From Klebsormidium nitens (Eukaryota > Plantae > Klebsormidiophyceae), in contig DF237070.1 of the NCBI GenBank assembly GCA_000708835.1, positions 122,701 to 186,700 of the forward strand: DNA of 64,000 nucleotides, read 5' to 3'. The notes under the pieces are model-generated. The model ran no database searches and was not told where the DNA came from. It worked only from the letters and a program-made list of their open reading frames with translations. A program made the position numbers and the translations under genes. Positions within the stretch are counted from its first letter, which is position 1. Each line of letters opens with the position of its first letter. Shown piece after piece: positions 1 to 10,911 of the stretch.

Positions 1-307
1 TGGGAGGACTGGGGACAGGCTGCTGCTCTACCGTTTTGCTGGTTTCAGTAGCCACAGCCATAATGTGGCCCCTCCGAGCAGTGGGGAAGAAGGGAGACCT
101 TGAATAGGTGCATTGCTTAAGGAGTTCCTTCAGAAGACGCAACTCTGTCCGCCTTTTGCACTGCTCGTGACGGCTTCCCCATGAGGACAGCTTGATGGGC
201 ACAGCATTTGCATGAGCGAGATTGTTTCCAAAACCGGAGAGGCACCCATGATAAGAACTGGAAGGGGACAGCCTCTCCAACGTGCAACCTACAGAAGAAA
301 CTGCCAT
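1..307 (-). CDS. 5' part of a probable plastid-targeted protein; gene continues beyond the left edge
   Basis: ATG at 307-305 opens a frame with no stop to the window edge: MAVSSVGCTLERLSPSSSYHGCLSGFGNNLAHANAVPIKLSSWGSRHEQCKRRTELRLLKELLKQCTYSRSPFFPTARRGHIMAVATETSKTVEQQPVPSPP. The Ser/Arg-rich N-terminus resembles a transit peptide. A telo-box-like AACCCTAAA lies at ~423. Missing from the ORF track because it has no stop in the window. Confidence 0.6.
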   Translation of the reverse strand, partial: MAVSSVGCTLERLSPSSSYHGCLSGFGNNLAHANAVPIKLSSWGSRHEQCKRRTELRLLKELLKQCTYSRSPFFPTARRGHIMAVATETSKTVEQQPVPSPP

Positions 308-1164
308 AGCAAGGTCAATTTGTCAGCTGGAAGGCGCCCTTCCTTTCCACAGAATTGAATTTGAAGGTTGTCACGCAATGCAACGTAGACTCTAGAGCGC
401 GTGCGAATGGCCTTTTGCCAGAACCCTAAATTCGATCAACGCGCGCGAGCAGCAGGCCAACCGCGGCCGCACACCCGCGACCGCGCGGTCGCGGCCCGGC
501 GGCTCACATTATCGTCCACGTGGCATTATGTTACGTACTAGCTAGGACTCATGATGTCACCGCACCCTGCATGCATAGTAGAGATATCTGAGCACCATAT
601 GAAAAATGTGAAATGGAACCTTTTGCACTGAAGACGGTCCGACGGAAACATATACCATCCGCACCTAGGGTTGAGCCTAATGTCGCAAGTTTAAGCCCCA
701 GGGAGTGTATCGTGGAACTCTATGTACGCAAACGACGTATCATGAAGAAACTGAATCAAAGCAACAAACCACGTAAGTTCAATAAGGATCACAACCTCGC
801 TACATTTTATGCACAGGTAGGATCAGAAGGACGGTTCCATTTAAAGTGCTGATCTTGTACATACATTTATTGAGCTGCTCGTGCGTGTTTGCCTGATTCC
901 TGTCCCAGTTGCGACCCAACTACAATATGTACATCTACAGTGGTTCACTTGACAAGCAGCTCTCTGAAAGGGAGGTTGTACAGAGCGGTATGCTTTGTAC
1001 ACAGCATGAAACCCCGCTGTATTACCCGTTGCATAAGAAAGGCCTACGGACTCGGAAACTCTAAAGACTATCGTAAACGAACCCGACCTGGTACATCAAA
1101 GTAAGGGCAGCCGACATCTCCTCAGAGCGCACCCACTAGAGGACATCAAAAGCGGGCCACGGCT

Positions 1165-4100
1165 TCAACTGACAGTCGACCGCCCATCTTCTGCGTCTAC
1201 TGTCAGCCACTCGTTCCCGCTTTCGCTGTTGGTCCGGCTCCCGCCGTGATTGCTCGCGCTCGTCGCAGCGGGCGAGCTTGGGCTGCCTTCTCCGCTCGTC
1301 TCCTCGTGCTCCATATCACTGCTGCTGCTCACCGTTTTCAACCCCTGGCTCGCAGTTCGGTGCAACTGCACCCATCCCGCGCCCCGTGCAGGGTCCGAAG
1401 ACGACCCCGCCGAACGGTTATCGTCCGCTACTCTCGTGCCGATCGGCTTCAAAACCGGGACGACGTCCTGGCTGGCCCCCTCCTCCTCCTCCTCCAACTC
1501 GCTGAACGACGACTCGTCCTCTTCGTGGGGGTCGCTCTGCCCCTGCTCGCCGCCCCCCTCGCCGTCGTCGTCCAACCAATCATCCACGTCTTCCTCGTCC
1601 GCCCCCTCACGAGGCCCTGTTTGAGCAGGGCCCACCTTCCCTGCAGCCGCTGATCCGTCCCCGGCCTCTCTTTCCAGAGCCTCAGACTCCACCGCTTTTG
1701 CAGCGCTCACATCGGTCTGCTTTGTTGCTGGCCGGTCGCCCGCCTGCGAGGCCTTGTTTGCCGGCGTGTCGACAGTTTCCTTAGATGCTGGTGAACCTTT
1801 TACCGGGTGAAGGAGGGCCTGTTCAGCTGCAGGGCCTGGAACCCCAGTCTCGAAATTGTCGTCCGGCAGGGGTCCCCTTTCCTTCCGCAGCTTTTCCAGG
1901 AGCAGCTTCCGTTCCGTCAGGATCTGCAAGAAGGGTTGAAAGAAAGCAATTACTTCAGGACTGCCGGCATAACAGCGACAAATCCTTGCTAATGGAACAC
2001 CTTTGTCACTTCTACCCTTTCCGTACTACTGCAACAAGAAGCCTTCTCCCCCCAGAAATGGCGTTGGCTTGTAAACCTAGCTTGAGCTTGTAAACTGGAC
2101 GATCGAGCTGAGACAGGACGACGTAAGAAGAACGATTGGAAGGAATGTCTTTCGAAGTCAATCCCAACTACGTTTCAGTCACAGCAATGACTGTTCGCAA
2201 TTGCCATCGTACTCCTTGTAGAATGCTTGAAGATGCATGACAAGAGATGCCTGACTTGCTCAAATGAAAAGACTGGCTGTACTTCAAAAGAGCAACTCAG
2301 TTTGAAAACCGAAGGCACCTGAAAAAGGCTCACAAGGAGTTATGTCAACACCACCGGTGATTGGAAAGGCTAGGGATTCCATACGGGCTAAGAGAAGAGA
2401 AGCGGCAACCGGAAGGGTGCAACTACAGAGGCAGCCATATCCACTTGTGTTGTCCTTAGAGGATGAAAACTTTATGTTGTGAAAGATAAAGAGGTCGGAG
2501 GGCTGGGAAGCGTGTCTACTCAACCAAAAGCACGACCTGTGTGCTAACAGTAAGTAGGAACGAAGCTTCAGGGGCCAAGGCAGCAGCAAAGACGACTTTA
2601 CTACTTGCTCTGGTGCGGCGTGCCTTGGTGAAGATTGAGAGATGCACAAGTGTACAAGAGAAACGACAGGCTGGCAAACATGACGAACAAAGATAGGCAC
2701 CTCAGGTGTCAGTAGCTGTGCGGCGCCCGTGGTCCCCAGCCGCGAGGCGAGGAGCACAAAGTACACCCGCCAGAAGCGCTCCTCGGACATGAAGGCCGGG
2801 CAGAGCTCCGTTCGCATCGCTGCGATCTGGGGGGCTTCTTGCTCCAGGACGTAGACGTGATCTTCTTGGAGCTCCGTCAACGCCAACTCTGCACCACAAA
2901 AATGAGGCTTTCTTGATCAGAGGGTGGGGGGCAGGGAAGGGCTGAACTTCAAAACATTCCCTACTCGCAAAGAGGCCCTAACAAAGTGAAACTTGTAGTG
3001 CAAGCTGTGAACTGTGCGTAAGCACAGCCTTTCCAGAAGGGGACTGCCCATTAGCAACTAGTCAGCTTGCTTCACACCCTATCATCTTCTGAAGGGGGGC
3101 GTAGGAATGAAAATACCAGTCCAGTGTTGGGACTCGATCTCTTGATGAACACCAGAGCATGGGCATGGCAAGTTCGCTATACAATGAGTGATCAAAACTG
3201 CTAATTTGATTGTTCCGAGAACTACTAACTTCATCTCCTTCAGATAATCTGGATAGAGCTGCAGTTGCACAGAAGAAAATAGAAACAGAAGCAGCACTTG
3301 TGACAGGAGAGTAGTTGACATCATCCGTTGCATTTTTGAGCAACTTAAAGCCAACAAGAAGGCAGACGTTCTTTCAAAAAGGAGGCAGACGCCCTCTTTA
3401 AAAGGAAGCTGCAAATGTATTTGTGAACGGACAGGTATGCGAGGCAGCCGGGCAGGAGCCGCTGTGCAAAAGAGATACCATCTGCTTAAACACACCGCAG
3501 ACTTAACTCTATAAGACTGGGGCTCAGGTGGTCATATGCTTGAACAAGGTGCGCGCTTGGGACGATCGCCCGAAGTCGTGTACACCTAAGAGCCTAACTC
3601 AATCTCAAAGTTGCCTCAGGAGGTTCATTGCACAAGGCACGACGATCGCATTGCTAAAAGGGCAATGCTGTCCAATCAAAGCTGCTCAAAGACATTGCTA
3701 AAAATAAACATAGAAGGGGAAGTACCTCAAAATGCACAAGAAGCCGACAAACCACGAGCTTTGAAAGAGCGGCCCCAACCAAGACTGCATACCTTCTGCG
3801 GTCTCGTCAGAAGACAGAGGGAAGTCCAGCCACGTCTCAGGGTGCGACGCAATGCTCGTGGCGAATGCGACAACCTCGTCAGTCACACCAACTGCCTCAG
3901 GGTCGACCTCTTCATCCTCATCTTCGCCCCTTTTCACCAAGCTGAGCATGTCCGGAAAGCGCAATGCCAGCCTTGAAAATCCTGAGGCAATGCTCCCGGT
4001 CAACGCCTGGAAATCCTTTTGCACGCCGTCTGCCGGACGCGCGTTGGCCGGGGGCTTGTTCACCAGCTCGAGCTGGCTGGCACTCTCAGGTCCAAAATTA

Positions 4101-4780
4101 GGGTTCTCAGAAGGAATCGTCTTGGTGGGACTCAAACTGCTTTCTTCCGGCTTGGCAGAAGTATCATCCTCCGCCCGTTTCTCGAATAACACAACCCTCC
4201 TGCGATGACTTGGCAAGAGGTCCTCCCCAGTCACGACCTTGATGACTGATGAGAACCTGCTGATGCTGCTGCTGAGCGTCCCAGTCAGTTCTGACATGTC
4301 GGCCTTGAGGCCCTTCATCTTTGGGGGATTATGTTCTACCACTGGCTGGGCAGAATCTTCTGTGTCCACACTCCCGTCGCCTGCCTCCTCTGTTTTCCTG
4401 CTGGTTTCGGCATCTCGGCCCTCCTCAATTGGCTGACGTCCTGCGCTCTCCTCGGTCTCTCCAGAAAAACGAGCACTTTCCTCCCTGGCAGCTTCTCTGG
4501 TAGAAGCCTCAACCGGCTGCACTCCCTCTGAAGGGCCGTCAACAAAATCATCTTCATCATCCCCAGGCAGGGGTTCTCCGGCTAGGAAACTCCCCAGCCC
4601 CTTCACGAGCCCAAATGCACTGGACCCTCGGAGGCCACGGCTAAAGGACTGTGTCAATTCAGTCAAGTCCTCTCTCACACCTCCCGTGTGCCCTTTCTCT
4701 CCCTGTGTATCACTCTCAGTAGTTGCAGGTGCGCTTTCAGCCCCTTCCTCCCCACCAAGAGCACGCTGCCACCAAGACAT
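1165..4780 (-). CDS. BSD domain-containing protein, 3 exons
   Basis: Exons 4780-3793, 2888-2701 and 1923-1165 with GT-AG introns and matching phases (1, 0). The motifs GVTDEVVAFATSIASHPETWLDFPL and LTELQEDHVYVLEQEAPQIAAMRTELCPAFMSEERFWRVYFVLL match plant BSD proteins. Acidic disordered C-tail. Confidence 0.9.
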
Positions 4781-5616
4781 TATAAGCCAAGCTTAAGTAA
4801 GCAAGCGCAATGTCACACGGTAATGTGGAACATCTGGAACGTCTGTCCTGTTACACAATTGAGATGTTCAACTCGGACGGCCCGGCTTTCCATCAAACGC
4901 CCAAGTATCTGTGGCAAGCAGTTATGCCAGGGCAGACCGCCAGCTAGCTTCCGCTGCACAATCACTGCCGGAGAGCTTCAATTTCACCTTGAAGTTGTGC
5001 ATCATCTCTCCCCGACCGCTCTGCCGTAGCGCTTTGAATGCAAGCTACCTATCCGTAGTCCGCTGGCGCTCTCCACGTCTCCCCTTCGCAATTTCTGGCG
5101 GGCCAGCATGGTTCCGAGTCTGCTCGGCAATTTTCACGAGAGGATCTATTGGAAGCGCCTTATGGCCACAAAAATAAACCAATTTATGCTTCTTTGTGGT
5201 TTGACGATAGCCTGCAAAAACCCCTACCTCGACTGGAGCGAGGAAAAGGAAGCAACTCGCATACCCGTGAACTCTTCACATATACGATGTTCAAGCCCCA
5301 TTTTAAGCGCGTTTTTCTGACGGCAGCTTTGTAGAGATCGTCCTCAACTTCAAGAAAGCCCATGTGCACTGACAGTGATGCAGTGCAGACTGCAGTGGAT
5401 GCACTGGCGAAGTGCTGAGCAAGAGAGATCTTCGTTGAAGATATTTCTGACATGGTGAAGGCGCCAACTCGTAGGTAGCAGTGGTAAATTATTCAAAGCA
5501 CATGTACACGACATCAGGTGGCGTATAGGGATTCCCATCCGTCTTCCTAGGTCTCTCTTATAGCACATTAAGAACTGCTGTAGGTTCAGAGCGGGCGCAT
5601 CTGACCACTTGTCCGC
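4781..5616. promoter_or_regulatory. Divergent promoter and 5'UTR region between the BSD gene and the phosphatase gene
   Basis: Head-to-head start codons at 4780 (-) and 5617 (+). Positional inference only. Confidence 0.5.
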
Positions 5617-8600
5617 ATGGCGGGCATCCATTCATGTTCTTTCAAAAGTCTGATCCAAAATCCTCTCTCCTTACGAAGAGTTGCTGCAGAAAGCTGCATC
5701 CCCTCAGCCCAAGATCTGCAGTGGGCTCCTAAGCTGGCAAAGGGCTACAATGCATGCGGAAGAAAAGCAGGCAGGTCGTCTTCTGGAGAGCTAGGGAGAC
5801 CCACGAAGTCCAGGAGAAGCAGATCTTGCTGTGCTGTTCAGTACCCTGTGGATCAAAGCCATGGTGTGTGCCTGAATACACAGCATCAGAGTGGCATGCA
5901 CTTGGGGGTGCTGCCAACTACTACAGGAAGGTCAAAGGGACGCACTGTTTGTGGAGCTGCGACACAAGTGAAGGAGCGGGAACAGGGGGTTGAAGAACGT
6001 GAGTGCCATTTTCCGTGGTTCTGGAACCTTGATCATGCGGGCCTGCTGCCGGAAAAGTACTGACAGTTCGACCTTGAGATGGTAACACCACATTTTTGTG
6101 CCGTGTTTGTCACCCACTATTGAAGCATTGAGCTTTGTTTCACGTGACCAAGTCTGAGGATTGCAAGGTGAAAAAAGGAAACGCTGTGTACAGACGTGGA
6201 TGCAGACGTTGAGTTCTGCACTCCCTGCTCTTTCAGGTTACCATTGTAGTTTCCAAACGTGCCACTTGTTCTGAAAGAATCTTCGTTCTCTCAACATCAG
6301 GGAATGGGACACTCAGCACAGAAGATTCAAGGCTTTCAGGAGGCCTTCTCACGGGTGGTTCGGTGGACTTCTCTGGGGCGACAAACCCCCTGATTAGAAA
6401 AGCACTGGAGACTGAGAAAACGATTGTGATGGTACGGCATGGCCTGAGCACATGGAACTTTGAGGGCAGAGTACAGGTGAGTGATAAAGAGTTCGCCTCC
6501 TGAAAACAAGATGTCTGCCTGAGGGCGAAGAGTGTCGAGGAACCCGGGTATGCAGAGTGAAATGTCATCAGGTGACAATGGCTTATTCTGGTTGACAAAA
6601 GTTTCTCGAGGTGTTGCCACTATTCAGATTGCAACTGCAGAGGTTCTGGCCAAGTAGTGATTCAAAGTTCTCCAGTGACTACAACGATGTTTGACGTTGG
6701 ACATGTTCTCAATGCCCTTCAGAAGGCCACTCTGTATCTGCACCAAGTGTCATTGATTCGTGTGTTTGCCCTCTTTGCGCTCATGCTTGAAGGTTAACTC
6801 GGAGGTGATTCTACTCAAGACTTTGACATAGATGAAACACAAAATCTTTCTGTATGATTCTTTCTTTCAACCACCGAGTGGGGCAACATAGAAGTTGAAA
6901 TCTCAGCATGTGTTGCGCTCCAATTCAGGGCTCCTCGGATAAGTCCATTCTGTCGGAGACTGGGATCTGGCAAGCGGAGCGATGCAAAGAGGCGCTGAGC
7001 AAGTTGAAGTTTGAGCAGTGCTTCGCTAGTCCTATCTCTAGAGCCAAGGTAAGTCTTGAGCTTTGTCTTACTTGCATCATCAATGAATGTCAGCCATATC
7101 AAGAGCAAGAATAGTGTCTCGACACAAAGATGAAGTTTTTTAGTGGAAAGCATGGAGTATTTGGAAAGGGATTTTGGGGACGTTAAATTTAAAAGAGAAG
7201 TTTTGGGAGTGAGGACTTCGTTTGTACTCTTACTTGATTGCTTTTGCATTCGAGTGTCTGAACTAAAAGAAGGACCCCCTGAAAAGGAGCAATGGTATCC
7301 AGCAATGGGTACTTTCTCTCTGTTTTGTTCGCAATTTTGAACTGTTCAGGGGGGCCTGGCTCGACTTTGTAAGTGATACTATACCTGAAGGTCTCTTTTA
7401 TTGCAGACCAGCGCGGAAGTCATATGGAGCGATAGGGAGGAGCCGCTGATCTTTCTGGACAGCCTTCGGGAGGCGAACTTGAACATTCTGGAGGGCATGA
7501 AGAACTGTGAGGCGCCCGTTTCTAGTACATCGTCTTTGCTTTACATCGTTTTGTCAATATTACTTCCCCCTGTTTTGTCAATATTATTTCCCCCTGTTTT
7601 ACCACAAGGTCATTACTGGTTGATATAAAACTGATTGAGGTGATGTTCTAACGGCCTTAGCAGCGAGATAGAGTAAGTGAATCAAAGGACGGCTCAAACA
7701 GAGCATGTATAGTTGGCTTGAATTCAGCTTTATTTCGTTTGCATTCCCCAAGCTGATTCTGCACAGTTCAGGATTCTGTAGAGAACCTCAGTCCTGGTTT
7801 GCTTGCTGAATGTTGCAACAAGTCTAGATTGACCAGTGAATCCAGGCACACTCCTTATCTGACAGGACCAGATTCGTAACCCGTCAGTGTCTGCCCTCCC
7901 TACTTGTCCCCTCCTTTCCATGTGTCCTAAAGAGAGGATCAGACCACTCAATTCGGTCAGTCAGGACTTCTCGGAGTCGCTCTCAGTGCACGGAAACGTT
8001 TGCTCAAAAGACGGTTGCGCTTGAGTATCTCTAGAAGAGTCCAAATCTGGTCGGAGCAGTTTCTTCCCTAGCTTCAGAGCCCTGCAGTCATTTCTGTACC
8101 CTTTGTCAAATCCGGTCATGGGGGCAGTACGTGTGAGCGAAGTACGTGTGAGCGATTCAAAACCTGTTGTGCGTAGCTGGCTGCCTTCATCCGGGACATG
8201 TTGAAGACGCCCTTGTTCAAGAACCGTACTGCTATTCCATTTCGGCACCTTCGACGCCGAACGATGGATAATGAGAGTTTTGCCCTTTTGGCAGGCATAA
8301 CACCTGCTAAAAACAACCGTTCTCGACCAGGATCCCTCTGAAGTGTTCCTCTGCGGATATCGGCAGGGCACATAATAAAAGTAAGAAAATTCAAGTAGCA
8401 GTAAGGTACTATTTCAGATCGTCCATCTTCGCTCTACCAATACTGGATTGAGACCAGTGCTTCTGTTTCTGCAATACAGCGGAGGCAAAGGAGCTGTACC
8501 CGGAGCTATTCACATCGTGGCGGCAAGACCCGATGCACTTTGAGGTGAACGGCGTCTACCCCGTCCGCGAGCTGTGGGACCATGCCCAAAATGCGTGGGA

Positions 8601-9825
8601 GGACATCTTGACACAAGCCACCGTGAGCTAACACTTTATTATAGTCCAGATTACGAGGTGTAGTGTCAATTGTCTTGAGGTTGTTTTGTCAGTTTCAGCC
8701 AGGGGCTTTTCATCTGGCTTCTTGCCTCTCCGGCCATCGCTCTCAGTTCGACCCCCAACTTTGAACAATCAGGTTAGTTAAGTCGTGGTCAAGTCGTTCA
8801 ACAAAACTTAGAGTGCGAAGAACGTCGCTGTTCAACAAAACGCAAATTTGCAGAGTAAGTTGGTATGCACTGTGCTAGGAACAGGGTTTGTTCTTGATGC
8901 TGTGCTGGACTTTGTAGGAACGTTTCTAAGAGAGCGACACGTGTCTGGGTATCGAGCGAAGAAGGAACGGCTGTCCGGCTGCATGAACCGTGTACTTTTG
9001 AAACTGTTAGCTCCCACACTAGCCATTCATCATACGGTTTTATAGCAGTCTGGCAGACCTTTTGTAACCTGCTGGAAAGTGCCGTTGTGATTCCTTGCGG
9101 CGACTGATACATTTGTCTGGATTGGCAGGCCACTCGAGTGGGTCAGTATCAATCCGGAAGTTTGGTCACGGCATCTCAAAAGCGGAGTGGAAGTGAATTA
9201 TGGCATCTCCAAGCCGGAGAGGAGGTTTAACACGGCATCTCAAAACTGGAGCGGTTGTTAATGACGGCATCTCAGAATCGAAGCGGAGTATCATCATGGC
9301 ATCTCAAATTTGGAGTGGAAGTCACTCACGGCATTTTGGAACCGGAGCGGACGTTGATCACGGCATTGGAAAACCACAGTAGAGGATAATAACAGCGTCT
9401 TTCTGTGCAGGGCGATCTCGTTCTGGTCGTGGCCCACAAGTCGGTGTTGCGGGCGATGCTGTGCACTGCGCTTGGTATGGGCCCCGACAGGTAGGGATCA
9501 CATACTGTAACATTTTCAGCATCTGATTACGAGTGCCAAGAAGGTATGTCACAGCACTTGCAGCACTTATTTGAGGAGCGCAAAACAAGAGAATCCAGCG
9601 CAAAGTCTGTTTTCCTTTGCCCAACCAATCTTATTCTGAATGCCGCATGGTTGTGTGAACATAAACGTATTTTTGCATCCTTCTTCTACATGCAGGTTCC
9701 GGGCTATTGACATCAACAATGGCGGCATATGTGTGTTCAGTATAAACACAAGTGGGCAACCAATGTTGAAAAGCTTAAATCTGACGTCCCATCTCCAAAC
9801 CGAAGGTGTATACTATCAGCTGTAG
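5617..9825 (+). CDS. Histidine phosphatase / phosphoglycerate mutase family, 2-carboxy-D-arabinitol-1-phosphatase-like, single domain, probably plastid-targeted; 7 exons
   Basis: Exons 5617-5998, 6250-6476, 6929-7048, 7407-7506, 8480-8622, 9411-9490 and 9696-9825, all GT-AG and phase-consistent. Catalytic motifs VRHGLSTWNFEGRVQGSSD, SPISRAKTSAE, LREANL, YPVRELW and LVVAHKSVLRA. Transit-peptide-like N-terminus. Confidence 0.9.
9168..9375. repeat. Intronic minisatellite, about 7 degenerate ~31-bp units
   Basis: Recurring (c)acggcatctcaaa...ggag(t/c)ggaag units in intron 5 of the phosphatase gene. Confidence 0.8.
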
Positions 9826-10911
9826 CGCAGCGTACGTTTTGTGTGTTGAGTGTTTAGAGATTGCATAGAGGTTGCTTTGGTACATTCATACGGTTCCTAT
9901 AATTCATCAGCCTATATTGTGGAAATACAGGCAGCAAGCAATAAGCCTGCGAGTCGAACAGGTAACTTTGGTTATGTCGTGTACAAAGATGCAGGTTAGT
10001 GACACGTCTAGTTGATTGACGCTTTTTGAGAGAAGTATTCTTCTCCAAGCCTTGGAAGAAATTTATCCTCAGGACTCATGGCCTCCTTGAATCGTCCTTT
10101 CATTAATTAAGTCGAAAGAACGACATTGAACACGTTTGCGTTCAGTTTCAATGAACGAAAGACGGACGCGAGGGCTGCGTCCATTACTCATCGAAAGTTG
10201 CGTTTGTAAGTTCGTTGAAGTATGCATGTCTTACATGTTGGTACACAATCTAGTGCATGTCGTTTCCACATGATTTGCATGCGGGCGCCTTGCAGCACAA
10301 CCATGCATGCTCGCACATCGGCCCGCCCAGGCGCGATCTCCTGAGGGTGCACTTAGATCCATGCATGCATGCGTTTCTCGATGGCTGTCTCACATGCAAT
10401 CCTTTGAAAGCGCTTGCAAAGACTTGAAATTGCATACGTATGGAACTGCACAACAACTGCCGCGCGCAGATGCGCAATCTACAGTCAGCCCACACACTGT
10501 CCAATGATGACTTTGGCAATCAAAAGGATTTGCATAACAGCTGCAGTGCATACTAATCGATAGTCCATCATGCCGCAGCATTGCGGCACAAATGCACCAA
10601 AGCCTTCAGGGAACTTCGAAGGACATCCAGGACATCATTGAAAGGATTCAGGGCTCATGTAAGGGTATCCAATTTGTGTTTCCTTATGTGGTGCGTCGCC
10701 TGCTGCGCCTGGAGGTTCAGAAACTTGCCCGAACTTGAAGCGGTCTTCTATGTGCGTGGTGCTTAGCCCGTACGAGCTCTCATGTGTGTCCTTCCAACCC
10801 ACGAGCTTCTTACAATCATCGAGAACCACTTCTTCATGCAGTAACGGTCAACCTCAGCAAACATCAAGCGGACTGAACGCAGAAAGTAGCCGGCTGATGA
10901 GCAGGAAAGGC

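Noticed and set aside
613-1104. Short ORFs 613-852 and 889-1104
   Set aside because: No recognisable motifs or splice context; they lie in intergenic or UTR sequence.
1246-2093. Plus-strand ORFs over the BSD last exon
   Set aside because: Antisense shadows of a GC-rich real exon. The same applies to most short ORFs overlapping the genes listed.
5100-6120. Possible LINE reverse-transcriptase remnant on the minus strand
   Set aside because: No RT motif found; 5617-5998 is better explained as the phosphatase first exon.
9168-9375. CRISPR-like repeat/spacer reading of the minisatellite (and of the 61795 and 63608 arrays)
   Set aside because: Eukaryotic context, the variable parts are related to each other rather than unique spacers, and there are no cas genes.
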